Part shown: positions 49,896 to 64,000 of the stretch, piece by piece
Numbering within the stretch: the stretch's first letter is position 1
How the letters are laid out: each line of letters begins with the position of its first letter
Assembly (NCBI GenBank): GCA_002269645.1
Contig: NIVC01000080.1
Location: forward strand, 1-64,000
DNA length: 64,000 bases
From: Macrostomum lignano
Taxonomy: Eukaryota
Reading direction: 5' to 3'
The notes under the pieces: generated by a model
Seen by the model: the letters and a program-made list of their open reading frames with translations, nothing else
What the model was told of the DNA's origin: nothing
Databases searched by the model: none
Made by a program: the position numbers and the translations under genes

Positions 49896-50887
49896 AAGTA
49901 CAAGATTAGGCGACTGCTCAGTGTTCAGCTTGAAACTTTGGACATTGATTCATTACACAATTTTATAAGAAACTTCGGCGCTTGTAATATATTGCTCCGC
50001 TCCTTTATAGACAGCTAGAAAATCTTTGCTCTCATGGTACCTCGTAAATGACTGAATCTAAGTTTTGTTCATATGGAAAGTTTATTTTTTCAGCAGCTTG
50101 ATGCACTATCATTTTTACCTTGCTTATGTTACAATAGCATTCAGTGAGCAAACTCCCAATCCTTTAGTAGACTCTTGCTCCGTGTTTTAACTATGGGAAT
50201 TAGCCTGATGTACCACAAGTTAGATTAGGTCCCATGTGCCTATGCATGTAATGGCGTCCAATGAGTTCAAATTCAAATTTCAACCAATAATGACGCGATG
50301 CAAAAATTTTTATGATTCCATTATCAGCGTACATGGAATATTGTTAAGTACACGTATTTTTTCAAGAAAACAAACTACGTAATATTGATTGTGATCAAGT
50401 TTAATTGCATGTATTCATTAGTTACTTCGCTGTCATATTAATTAATAGTATATCACATAGACTACTTAGAGTAAAGCTCAGGGTAAATTGACGGCAAGAA
50501 GTGAATACGAGCTTAGAGCTGGTTGACAAACACTAAATTAAAACGGAGAAAACAGTAAAATGAATTTATGAAATATGAGGTCCTTTGGGCACAACTAGAG
50601 GTCAGATAGTAGTACCATACGTATCTTATTGTGCTTTGGATATACAAGCAATGCTTGTTGGTCTTAGTGCCGAAATATGACTTTGATTCGATCAACCTAG
50701 CTAATTTTAACCATAAAATTCTACGAACCGAGGAAAAACATTTTTATATGCTCAAGCAAGTAAAATAGCAAAATCTGGAGATTTTTCTGTAGGACTTCCT
50801 AGTTAGCTTTACAAAACAAAAGCGACAAAACTTATATACTAAGAGTTCGAGTAGTTCTAAATAAGGATTTTGTAATCCGTATACTAT

Positions 50888-53800
50888 TTAAGTGGATGAG
50901 CAGGTGAAATACGGTCTGAGTATGATTTTAAAAACAACAACTTTTGAGAGGCTGTTCAGCAGGCAGTAGCGCTTTGAGCCGGGCGAGCAGGGCTGCACCG
51001 TGGGCTTGCGAAGTCGCTTCACCACCGGCCTGTAAGTCTTTCGGTAGCTCAGCTCCGGAGTGCAGTTTCTGGAGAAGTCACGATTGTTGTTGATTGTGTC
51101 AAGACAAAGTTTAGCCTCACGGGTCCGCTGAAGCTTTATAGATTTCATATCTAACTCAAGCCATTTCTCATTTTCCATTCAATTTTTTATTTAACTTACC
51201 TCCACTTCACCCAACTCAGCAATTATTTTGTCTAGACTAATGCAACACTTTCCACTGTAATATATGCAGCACCAATACACACGAATCTCCTTCATTCTAC
51301 TCCACCCACTCCAATTCAATCCAGTTCAGTCCGCTCCTCTCTCTCCTTTCCATTCTCTTCCCATCCCTCCACTCCAATCCACTCTTCTCCCCTCCATTCC
51401 ACTTCACTTCTCTCTACTCCACCGTTTCCCTTTCCTACCCCTTCACTCCAATAATCCAGTCCAGTCCACTCTTTTTATTTAATTCCATTTCACTCCACTC
51501 CCCTCCCCTCTCCTCCAATCCTTTCCCCTCTCCTCCAATCCTCTCCCCTCTCCTCCACTCTATTCCCCTCGATTCAATTCCACTCCGCACCAATCCAATC
51601 CAATCCACTCCACTCCATTTCAGCCCACATAAGCTCCATCCGGTCGCCACTCACCGTCGTTGACATCTGGCTCCGTAAAAGCCAGCCCGACACCTGCAGA
51701 GACCGTCGGATTCGATACAGCGCCCACCGTTCAAGCAGAGGCTGCGGTGGCAGCGAACCCGATGACAGAACCGACCGCGATAGCCAGGTGGGCAGGAGCA
51801 TTTGCCGGGGCGAATGCAGGTGCCGCCGTTCACGCAGGGTGGGTAGCAGTCCGCTGAAGCGGGTAAAAGTGGAACGTGAACTGCAGTCTGAAAAAATTCT
51901 ATTTTAACATTCGTTTTCTGATCTAAATTCAGTAGTGATCATTAGAAACAGTTCTACAATGTCTCATTAATAAAAAATAAAAGATATTATTCAATACATG
52001 CTATATTAGGCATTCGACGCCCAAAATTGGAATTTAAACAAAGTTGGATGCGGCAAGTACGCAACACAGAAGCCGCTTGTGTCACCCCTCAAAGCAGCCA
52101 ACGTATGCGAGGGATAAACTATGAAGAGTTCCAGTTCTATGATAGTTCTCTGACGCACGCACACGAGACATACGAGAGCTCGGTAGAAATGCAGATAGAG
52201 TTGCGACTGAGCAAATTCTACACACAGCTCTCGTATGCTTCGCGCAATGACAGCGGTAAAGACGCTCAATACTAACTAGGCATTTTCCATGAATGAGGAT
52301 CTTTCAAATTCGACTTTAAAATGCAAAAAATTCATTTAGAAAGCAGCCAGAGGCAGACCAACCTGTCTGGCACTGGGTGCCCGAAAATCCGGCAGCGCAT
52401 GCACACAGGTTCGGGCCGACGCAAGCTCCGCCGTTTCGGCACTGCGGTCGGCACAACGGCTTCCGACATCGACGCCCGGACCAACCCATCGGACAGCGAC
52501 AGTCACCGCCAGTGCGCGGGTCGCAGACTCCACCGTTGCGGCAAACAGTTGCGCTTTTGCGCCTACGGCGTCCTCTACCGTACGCCCGACGCCGGCAGTC
52601 GAATTTCCATCGACGCCTCGGAGGGGAAGCCGTCGGTAATGGAAGTTTCGGCTGCGTTGGCACCGGCTGCTCTGCCAGGACCATCTGGCAGCGGTCACCG
52701 GTGTACGAAGTGGGGCAGATGCATCGAGATTTGTAGCAGAATCCGCCGTTGAGACAGGAGCTGCAACCGGCGGCAGATCCGGCGCTGTGGTCGGGATTGC
52801 ATAGCGGCAGGCTGGGACAGGGTCGGGACTCGGCTGGCGGGCGGGACCCGGCAGGATGGCAGCTGTCGGCTGGTGAGTTGCCACGGCACAAAGAGTGTCG
52901 GCTGCGAATGCCTTCGCCGCAGGTGGCGCTGCAGGAGCTCCAGGCGGTCCAGTAGGTTGGAGGCGGAGTCTGTTTAACGAGACAGTTCAGGCTCAATTAT
53001 TTCGCTTCCTTGGCTTTGGGCACTACGAAAAAACAAGACGACATTCGACAGGCAGCCAGCAAGGAGATCAAAATTTATGCCCATTTTTCTCATCTCTGAA
53101 CATGCGCTCATGCCCACAAAGGCGCACGCAGGTCACACAACACTCACACTGAGTATACAGCGGCCCTGAAATTCTCATCTTCAGGCATGTGAAATCTGTC
53201 CCTTGGGGGTTGATTAGCAAGATAGGTGATCGTTAGCTTGATTTTTTCAAGAGACTGCTGGAAAATCGAAAGCACTGTGTGTTCTCCAAACGAATTTATC
53301 ACGAGAGCATTATAAGAGTTCCAACTACACTTTAACGGGACGTGAACTTCACTTTCATATGGCACTTTGGGCAGGTCCTATTCTTGCAAGCTATCTTTGG
53401 TCTCGCAGTCCTCATTGTTTCGCAGGCCAATTTATGGTCTGCTAATCTAAACTGTGACATAGGGTGCACTTGAATTCTGGATTGAAAATTTCCAGGACAT
53501 GATAGTACCGTTTACGCACGTACGCAGTCATACGCACAGGCACACTCACACAGGAGTGTACAGCGGCCCTAACTTTATTTTATCCTTAGGTATGTACACT
53601 TCACTGTGCCTTGATGGTTGGCCCTCAAGGGCGGTAATAGCACGAGCAGACCCAAGCCCCAAATTAATGTGACTGAACATGAAACCCAGCCCAGGCCGCT
53701 AGCACATAGGAGCGCCGCCGCGTTAGACCGCAGGGCTACGGCCCCCGTTATTAAATTTTGCTCTGCATTAGAACTTGTCATTGCAACGAGACAACTGATT

Positions 53801-56678
53801 GTCAAGTTAAATTAAATATCGGAGCTGTAAATAAATGCAGGCATACTCCTTTCATGCCTCTGCAAATGCATATTGGAACTTCAATTATTATATTTTTCTC
53901 AGTTAAAACGCAAGAATTCAAATCGATGACCTACCACTTTTTGTTCCTCGGAACAGTCTGTTGCCTCGGACCATGGCACAAAATTCGCACTTAGAAGAGC
54001 CTGCAGTTATTTTGTTTATTTGTTATTTTGTATTCAACTTTCATTAGTATATGCAAGCCAGTTATCGTTTAAAACGTACCTTTCTAGGTGTCAAAATGAA
54101 CTTCGAACCAGCACCGGGAACTGGCACGCTACCAGAGGACAGGCATTCGATTGAGAATTCAGCAAAGCTGCCTTCGCTTTCATTTGCAATTATTCGCAAA
54201 TAAATTGCAACTGATGGAGCCGTTGAAATATCTCTCCACATGCTCGAGGCAGACGTCATGGTGAGGACTGAGACGTGATCTTCAGCAACAGTTTCCATGG
54301 CGACTCGAATACCAGACAAAATCGGAGATATCATCAATGCCAGAGCTGTCTCCTTGGAGAATTTTTCGATGCGTTGATTATCGATTGGAATGGCAATTGA
54401 CTCATTGCTTGTATTTTTAGCATTCAGCTGTTCACCGAGAACTTCTGTCTCAACTGGTCGCATGGCTGAAAATCCAGCATTTTAAGCGTTCACATTTTTC
54501 TACTGCATGTAATTGATAAATTTAATTAAGCTGTCAATATAAGAATTAAAGTTAACATGCTACGAATTTTATATCCAGTAGAACAGATGGATTATTCAAT
54601 TCAGTTCTACATTTTAGTCTCATTTTCAGTTTTCAGTAGGAATGCAGTGGTCTGACTTTGACTCTGAAAGGAACCACTACGAGCGTACAGCAAACACAAC
54701 AACCAGCAGGTTACCTATAAAACTTTTTTCTACAGGCAAATCCAACGAAAAGGTTGAGTTTTGGTTTTTCTGTTTACAATAAGACAATATGGACGTCCTG
54801 AAGGTCAAATGTCTTTGGCTCTTAATAAAGTAAAAATCTGTTTCAGCCCATGGATATCAAGAAGTGCTTGATATCTTGGTCTTCAATGCGGTTTTTTATT
54901 TGAATTTTAGATTTTAAATGTTGACTGCCCGTTCTTTGTGGGAATACCGAAAGTTGAAAGAAAATTTTCAGAATTTAAATTTTTTAGAATTTTGCGTGGA
55001 GCTAGACTTTTGTCCTTTGAACATGTATTAAATATTACAATATATTGTATTGTATTTGTAACTATGCGAGCGAGTTATATACTTATTCTTTTGAACAGCT
55101 GCGAGCATAGGCTGGAAACCCAATACTGTAGAGCTTAAGTCGGCAGACTTTTTAACCTCAAGGCCCAGATCGAAAACCCAGAGCATGACTGTTGGCCAGA
55201 CAGAGGAGAAGGAATAAAGAAGAGAGGGGAGAGAAAGGAGAAAGGAGAGGCGAGAGAATAAATGAGAGGAGACGAGACGAGACGAGATATTAAATAGGAG
55301 AGAATATAGGAGAGAAAGGAGAGAAGATTAGAGAAGAGAGATGAAAGAAAAGGAGAGGACTGAGGAGAGAAGAGGAGTGGAGAGAAGAGGAGAGAGGAGA
55401 GAAGAAAAGCAGGGGAGAGAGAAGAAAAACGAAAAGAGGCGACTTTACTGGGGAGCTGAGATTCTGAGAGCTGAGATCTGAGATCTGAGATCTGAGATGA
55501 GCACGGATAGAGACACAAGCCTTAAGCTGGCAGCGGATTGCTATTCGTGCAGTTTCAAAGGACCAGAGGGCCAGATAGAAACGCTTTGCCAGCCGCCTGT
55601 GGCCCACGGGCCGGAGTTTGAAGACCCCTGCTGTAGAATAATGAAATTTTCTGTTTAGAGAAGCATGGTCCGGAAATTCCCTCCGACGAACTCCTTATTA
55701 GATTCCCATATCAATGGCAACAAAGATTACCTGTTAGAGGTTTTAAAAACAAGGTTTGCATTTAGAATGTCTTTACTGTAAAACATTTTCTCTTTATTCC
55801 TGTAATCGGTGTGTCCAAACGGAGCGGAATTCTCACCTTCGCAAGGCCACCTATTGCACTGACGAGTCTGATTGGCGTCCCCGTAGTCGCAAGGCGGTCC
55901 GGCGCAATTTCTGACTCTCTGTCTGATGCCAGCGAGGCCGCAGCTGCCGCTGCAGGCGGTCCAACTTGACCAGCTGAACCAGCCTGAATTGTGGGGGAGA
56001 AAATTCTTATGTTTTTTCTTACTGAGCTCATCAATGAAGGGTAAAATGTCTCTCGGCAGCCGTTTTGCTAAAATCGATCACATACCTAGATAGATAGATA
56101 CCTACCGACAGACCATTTTTAGTATATGGATATAGTCTTAGCTTGAACTGTGCAATAAAGCAGTGATCTCGGAATCGCTCACCCAAAGCCGTCGCAGCTC
56201 TTGCCAAATTCGATTCTGTCAACTGGGCTGTAGCGGCAGATGGTCTGGCATAATAAGCCATGAGCCTGGAGCCCGACTTTGACAGGAAAAATATCAACCA
56301 GTCATCTTGAAAAACATCGCTCAAGCAGCTAACTGGATCTCCGTATCCGTCAATCACCACTGTGCGATCATTGGTATCATCAAAGGCGCTCCGGTTGCTA
56401 AGGGGCAACAATGCATAACCCTTCAGCACCTCGAGCACTTGAATTTCGGCTGAGTAGCTTCTCCTTGAGCCACTGCCTGAGCCACTCGCGGTTGTACTGA
56501 GCACATGTCCAGTGAGCACAATCGGAGAAGACTCTGCCAAATCTTCGATACTTTTTGAGACGCCGCTGCCTCTGCTACCGCTGCCGCTCATCGCCAAATT
56601 TAGGTAGCATGCCCTGCTTTCCCATACTGCCAGCAGAAGCAGCAACAACAACAACAACCGAACACTAAAAGCTTTCAT
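50888..56678 (-). CDS. Secreted protein: signal peptide, agrin-type NtA, TSP1, unknown region, TSP1, 5 EGF modules, Cys-containing tail
   Basis: Phase-compatible exons 56678-56183, 55983-55837 (WFSWSSWTACSGSCG..RQRVRNC), 54465-54080, tentative 54000-53935, 52969-52363, 51853-51655 and 51068-50888. NtA hallmarks: IVLTGHV, YSAEIQVLEVLKG and VIDGYGDPVSC..IFFL. Confidence 0.8.
51260..51625. repeat. Degenerate pyrimidine-rich (CTCCA/TTCCA)n simple repeat in an intron
   Basis: CCACT/CCAAT/CTCCT pentamer-like runs. Confidence 0.8.
55134..55630. mobile_element. hAT (Charlie-like) non-autonomous element with a GA-rich interior
   Basis: Right end GTTTGAAGACCCCTG (reverse complement CAGGGGTCTTCAAAC) preceded by GGCCCACGGGCCGG. 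Degenerate left end CTTAAGTCGGCAGAC. 8-bp TSD CTGTAGAG/CTGTAGAA (7 of 8 match). Confidence 0.65.
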
Positions 56679-57445
56679 TTCGATCGAAATTTTGGAAGCC
56701 AAGCTTTCTGCTGCTGCACTTGGCTGCTGTAAGAAGAGGCTGTTTTGTTCTCTTCTTCTCAGGCTTAAGAAGCGGTCTTTATCCTCTGCTTGGTGGCTTT
56801 CGCGTCTATAAATTAATGAGGAGAAATTTCTTTCAAAAGTGGAGACGTCGTAATTTGATTAGCTAAGCCCATCAACTTCTGGGCCAATGGTCTCTGCGCG
56901 TCGTTTCCTTTTTCTGCGGCCCCTTGTTCGTCTGCGCATTGCTTGGGCTTATTATTATACTTTCTCCGTCTGACTTCTTCAGCAGATAAAGATAGAAATG
57001 GCAGGACTGTAACGCCTGAGTGGCTGCCCCTCTTCTCTCTCTCCGATCTTCTCTCAGCTTTTCAGCCATTCAGAGGCGCTCCGGGCGCAACTCATGTCTG
57101 CGGCTATTGCAAAAAGTTTATGGCTATATGATTTTATAATTTAGAGTGATAGATCTCTTCGAAGACTGCCGACTCGAGCGAGTTAATGCGAGGGTTTAGG
57201 AGAATTGAGCACGGACAGTTCAATAGGAGGAGAGATAAGATTATATGGATTGCTTATAAATTTATTTGTCTTTACGAGTATCAATATTATTATTTGTAGC
57301 ACAATGTCCTTTACCATTCCTTGATGTTCCAAACTTCATTTTACTCTTACACATGCCATCCTAGCTTGTAGTCGCCTCGAATATTTTTAGTCTGCAGCAC
57401 AGCATTTCCACTTGACTCGCACTCAGTTGATACCGAATTTAACCG

Positions 57446-58365
57446 AGTAATGATGCAAGTTTTCCGATCGGGTCCTGCATTCTAATGGCGGTGTTCTGGC
57501 CCCATCAGTATAGTAATGATGCAAGTTTTCCGATCGGGTCCTGCATTCTAATGGCGGTGTTCTGGCCCCGTCAGTATAGTAATGATGCAAGTTTTCCGAT
57601 CGGGTCCTGCATTCTAATGGCGGTGTTCTGGCCCCATCAGTATAGTAATGATGCAAGTTTTCCGATCGGGTCCTGCATTCTAATGGCGGTGTTCTGGCCC
57701 CGTCAGTATAGTAATGATGCAAGTTTTCCGATCGGGGTCCTGCATTCTAATGGCGGTGTTCTGGCCCCATCAGTATAGTAATGATGCAAGTTTTCCGATC
57801 GGGTCCTGCATTCTAATGGCGGTGTTCTGGCCCCATCAGTATAGTAATGATGCAAGTTTTCCGATCGGGTCCTGCATTCTAATGGCGGTGTTCTGGCCCC
57901 ATCAGTATAGTAATGATGCAAGTTTTCCGATCGGGTCCTGCATTCTAATGGCGGTGTTCTGGCCCCATCAGTATAGTAATGATGCAAGTTTTCCGATCGG
58001 GTCCTGCATTCTAATGGCGGTGTTCTGGCCCCATCAGTATAGTAATGATGCAAGTTTTCCGATCGGGTCCTGCATTCTAATGGCGGTGTTCTGGCCCCAT
58101 CAGTATAGTAATGATGCAAGTTTTCCGATCGGGGTCCTGCATTCTAATGGCGGTGTTCTGGCCCCATCAGTATAGTAATGATGCAAGTTTTCCGATCGGG
58201 TCCTGCATTCTAATGGCGGTGTTCTGGCCCCATCAGTATAGTAATGATGCAAGTTTTCCGATCGGGTCCTGCATTCTAATGGCGGTGTTCTGGCCCCATC
58301 AGTATAGTAATGATGCAAGTTTTCCGATCGGGGTCCTGCATTCTAATAGCGGGGTTTTGGCCCCG
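57446..58365. repeat. 66-bp tandem minisatellite, ~14 units
   Basis: Unit AGTAATGATGCAAGTTTTCCGATCGGGTCCTGCATTCTAATGGCGGTGTTCTGGCCCCATCAGTAT. Units 5, 11 and 14 carry an extra G. Confidence 0.95.
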
Positions 58366-59818
58366 TCTGGGCGTCTGTAGTAATTTAATTTTGCCCAGCT
58401 TTATTTTATTAGGTATGATAATGCTGCTTACCCGCCGTTTGCATCTCTAGAGTGATATTAATCTGAGCCAGTATGTTCTCGCTTTTTTCATCAGATTTTA
58501 TTGCTAACAAGTGGAGTGTATATAAAACAACTCACCCAGACTCGCGACGCCAGTCCTTATAATAATTTACTGATGCGGAGGACAAAAGCACAGGGCAGTA
58601 GAGCACTCACTAGAGCAGTGTGTGTGCAATGCGCAATAGATTAAATGAGCATTAAAAAACGAATATTACAAGCCCACAACTGAAATTTAACAATGAAAGC
58701 ACCTGAATTTGACTGCCAATGAGGGTGTCTAATACTCTTCCACGACCCACGACATCTGTGCTCAAATTTCTGTCTCAACAGTCCGCCCTCTTAACTACAT
58801 GAGCTTCACAACTATCTGCCTCTATCGCTGCTTCTCACTGGCATGTTTATTTTTACATAATTCTAGACAGAATTCCGAGGTGGGTCGCTGTTCATTTACT
58901 CATTTTGCTTTGTGTCGTGAGAGAGTTGACACACAGGCACACTTCAGAAGCAAAACTTCAATATTGAGTGGGCAGGTTTCTCCTATCTATTCATGGCTCC
59001 ATCAAAATTCTCATATTGTTGGCTCAATCTACTCTAATAAATCTAGAGATGGAATCTCCTGACTGCGCATGTATTCGGCAGGAAAATCTGCATTCATTCT
59101 ATTATTATCAAGGTAATATCAAAGTAAAAATTAGTAATACGTTGGTTAGACAAGGCAGTGAGACTCGACTACTACATTTTTACTGTGACTATGATGCGCT
59201 CAACGCTATAATTATCTCAGATAGGCTGTGCGTTTTGCTATAAAATTTTCTCATCCGAAAGGATTAAGCTAAATTAGCCGAACTCAAATGTGTTCCCGTG
59301 AGAATGTTGTCGTGCAAGGTGTGCCTTCTATTTAGAGCTCGTGGGACAAGTGGGCGTGGTCTGAAACGATGAAAGCCTGCTTACTATTGTTGCAGAGTTG
59401 CTGGGCTGCATTTATGACCTGACATGCATAATTTATTGCAGTAAGTTGACTAATTAGCTACCTGAACATTTGATCTGCTTAAATTTTAGCCACGTGCTCG
59501 TTAGGTTACGTCACAGGCCAAGGTTTCTTCTGGGTGGTTTAACAGCCCCCCTAAAACAGAAAATCTTGCTAATCGAAAAATACGTAGTGACTTTTAACTG
59601 CCATTCTCCTATTGTCATAAACTTTTTGAACGCGTCTTAACTTTCTCTACTTTTTTATCTTCTTCTGTATTTCTTTCATGTCTTGCCTTCCCTACAGATG
59701 CTTAATAATTCATTTCTTTCTTTGAGAAGCTGATGAGTACTATGCTTACTAAGAGTAGACAGCTTTGAAAGGAATAACGTATAGGTATCTACTGAAAAGT
59801 TATTACAGCAAAGAGTAA

Positions 59819-60917
<1,099 letters not shown>

Positions 60918-61651
60918 GTATTATTATCAATTATATATAAATTATATTATTATCATTATTATTTTTATTATTATTACTACTACTTCTACTTACTCACTCA
61001 CAATTATACCTAGTGCTTATATTTGTGATGAAGTTCATGAATTTTATCTGACTACTTAAAGTATTAAAGTAAATTGACAAAAGAAAATTCCACAATAAAG
61101 CAGACTGGCTCCTTCGGGGCAGGAGAGATGCTAGGCTACAAAAACACAGGAAAAGTTGAAAACGTAGGCTGTCATTCGAGCGCAATCCAGTGAATAGTCC
61201 TTACACAATTCCGACAGCAATATGGTGGCTAAGTAAATAAAGCACTTATCAGTCATGGGCGGGGACACTGGGCAAATATGTGCTTGATAAAATTCATTGC
61301 ACGTCGCCATCAGTGCTGAAATTTGTGTTCTTCGGAAGGTTGGGTTTTACGTGTGCGCCTATCGACAGACATTTTGTTAGAATTTGCCTTTCCCAGCAAA
61401 CGATGCAAAACGATAGCGGAGGATAAGAGGGGTGAAGACAAGGTCACACAAGGAAAGGTGCGGCGTTGGATGTGGCTCGTGTCATTTTAGTTTTCCTTTT
61501 CCTGGTAGCTCTTGGTTAGCGGAAGAAGCGTATCGTATATAATTTAAGAAGAGTGGCGAGAGAAGCTGGGCGCCATCGCACCGCTGAGGAATTAATGCTC
61601 AAAGTTGCATTAGCTGCAAAGAACAGAACTGTAGAGTTCAGGTAATAAATT

Positions 61652-64000
61652 ATGTCAGAAATCGAAAGCGGTTTCAGAAGCGCCGGACAAATTCGGTCGT
61701 TGCTGTGCTTTCTGTTAGTCAGCATCTCAGCAGGAATCGCCTACAACGCATCCTACGTGTTTTTATCGAGCATGACGACAACTCTGGAGCGGCGCTTTGG
61801 TTTCGATTCAGAGGACACGGGGCGAATCATAGTGGCGAATGATATTGGCTTTGCTGCAACTGTGACGCTAGTTAGTTTTTATGGCAACCGAGGTCACAGG
61901 CCTCGCATTTTGGGCCTGGGAGCAGTTGTTATGGGTCTGTCCACGGCTGCCTACGCACTTCCATATTTTATCTACGGCCCGAAGTACTCCAACGCCGAGA
62001 TTGCACGCTATTTGACGCTCACGGATCAACAACTCGGCTGGAAGAACGACAGCGAGCAGCTGAAAGCATTAGCTGCCGAAAACAACGACCTATTGTGCCG
62101 TGAAAAAATCCTCGAATTGAACTCAACGGGCATGTTCAACAAATCCTCAGAGTCAAACAAGTATCCGAGCTTGGGTTCAACGACATCGGAATCACCCGCG
62201 TCCAATCAAGCTGAAGCCCGCAAAGTAGTCTATGTCATCTTTATGATTGTCGGCATCGTTCAGGGCGCCGCTTCTGCCCCCTCTTGGTCAGTGCTATTCA
62301 CAATGGTCGAGGACTCAGCCACCCCGTCTCGTTCGCCAATCTACATCGGCCTGGTCATCACTGCTCGATCAATATCACCCATGCTGGGCTATTACTTGAT
62401 CGGGCAGTTTTTAGCACTGCACGAATCATTTGGCGAATCTGGTCTGCGTGAATCCGACAGCATGTGGATTGGCAACTGGTGGCTGGGGTTTCTCAGTCTC
62501 GGCCTGCTTACCAGCCTGCTTGGCATTCCCATGCTGCTGTTTCCCCGCCAACTTGAAGACGCGTTCTGCTGCTCAGAAAGACCGGATAAGCAAAAAGACG
62601 ATCCCTGTTATGCTGAAGACGATCCGGACGCCTCTCAACCTGAGACTCCGCTAAACGAGGCAAATATAGTGCGCCGTATGAGTCGCCACAGGTCGTGCGA
62701 ATCGCAGCCGCGTGGGGCCGGGAATTGCGCAAAACTCCTTCACAGTCTTCGCGACTTGTCACTCGCCGTGAAGCGCACCATGACCAATGCGATCCTCATG
62801 CTGGTCATGCTGTCCTGCGTGGTCAGTTTGCTCGGTTCAGGTCTCGAAGTGTTGTTTATTGTCAAGTACTACGAGAACTACTTTAACGTATTGCCCTCGG
62901 CAGCAGGACAGTACGTTGGCATCACCTATGCGCTGCCAACCGCACTGGCAACACTAGCTGGAGGCTACTTGGTGTCGCGCCTGCAGCTTAACGTGGTTGG
63001 AATGATGCGACTCATCTGTGGTATCTTTCTGGTGACCACCGTACTGAATTCGCCAGCATTTTTTCTGGACTGTCCCTCCGAAAGGATCAATACGGACGTG
63101 TAAGATTACATATTTTCATCTCGATTCTTTGTGCTATCGATTTGTCAATGCATTTCAATGCCTTCGTTCAGAAAACACCGAACAAGATGCGAACTCAGAT
63201 ATATTCACATGCTAAAATATCAAGGTATTGTGCTGGGTGTATCCATCCAAAGTTACCAATGCATCGCTGTAGATGTGTAACGTAATCACGCTAGATTTTT
63301 CAATCATGCAGGGTACTGGTTCCCACTACCTGCACACGTAAGAATGATCCCAGGTACGTTAAAGGTAAAGTTAGTGAAATCCTCGAGTCTAGAACTTTGA
63401 TCCTATGGCTCATTTCATATATCCGTGAGTATTTATAAAAAGGCAACATTAACCGCTTCGTTGATTCGTAAATCGACATTCATTTTTGCCAACAAGTGCA
63501 AAACGGCTTTATTTCCATAAAGCTAGCTCGTAAGACCGGTAACCGCCGTCACAGCCTCACAGAAACAATGGACGGCAACGTCAGAAGCGTCTCCGACTGC
63601 GCTGCAAAGTGCAGATGCGATGCCACTCTGTTGAACAATCTGCCAGTTTGCGGAGCTGATGGAAACTTATACATGTCACCGTGTCATGCTGGGTGTACAG
63701 GGACAATGTCTGTAGCAGCTGCTAAGAACGGGACACACCAGGTACAAACATTTGTTATTATCGAAGATCTGTTTCTGCTAATCAATTTCTTTTATTAGGT
63801 GATTATTCATTCTAACTTATTTCCGATGTCAGCCTACGGAGACGGTGTTTAGCAACTGCAACTGTTTAGAACAGGCATATGTAAACTACAGTTTAACGGA
63901 CTCCGCTGAACAAGGCCTTGTCAGCAGCACTGCACTGGCAGGCAGTTGCTACGGCGTATGCGACATGGTCTACGCCTTCTCTGTGCTGAAATTCATCGCA
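61652..64000 (+). CDS. Organic anion transporting polypeptide (OATP/SLCO family), 3' part outside the window
   Basis: SSMTTTLERRFGF, FYGNRGHRPRILGLG and WIGNWWLGF motifs. Kazal-like loop CAAKCRC..PVCGADGNLYMSPCHAGC..FSNCNC. Exons 61652-63099, 63555-63741 and 63833 to the window end, all phase-compatible. Confidence 0.93.

Noticed and set aside
53140-53575. Two copies of CACTCACAC..GAGT[AG]TACAGCGGCCCT
   Set aside because: This is a short direct repeat with no TSD, TIR or coding signal, so it cannot be interpreted.
57446-58365. CRISPR-like array or repeat-protein ORFs (HHYYTDGARTPPLEC...)
   Set aside because: There are no unique spacers. The ORFs arise because 66 is divisible by 3, and 1-bp insertions break them without regard to frame.

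Overview
AT-rich, intron-containing animal genomic DNA. Gene style (poly-Q tracts, orphan ORFs, short GT-AG introns) suggests a free-living flatworm such as Macrostomum; this is inference, not a search result. Host genes reconstructed by eye from splice phases: (1) an NMDA receptor NR2-type subunit on the minus strand (15057 to 2954, 12-13 exons, ends in PDZ motif ESVL); (2) a 5-exon orphan Q-rich gene (31104 to 26557); (3) a small 2-exon minus-strand fragment (~33-34 kb); (4) a plus-strand orphan gene (37351-47874) whose first intron holds a nested retroelement stack; (5) a 464-codon ORF with a possible beta-propeller C-terminus; (6) a secreted protein with signal peptide, agrin-type NtA, TSP1, unknown region, TSP1, five EGF modules and a Cys-containing tail (56678 to 50888); (7) an OATP/SLCO transporter running off the right end. 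Mobile and repeat content: 159-bp satellite, 92-bp hAT MITE, tRNA-headed CORE-type SINE, piggyBac with one frameshift next to an NR2 splice donor, three RTE LINE copies, an internally deleted mariner, a Ty3/Gypsy element interrupted by an RTE, a solo LTR inside an RTE relic, a second Gypsy gag relic, a second hAT MITE, a 66-bp tandem array and a 1.1-kb (TAC)n tract. No prokaryotic system or CRISPR array is present. The best candidates for novelty are the non-agrin NtA-TSP1-EGF protein and the CORE-like SINE.
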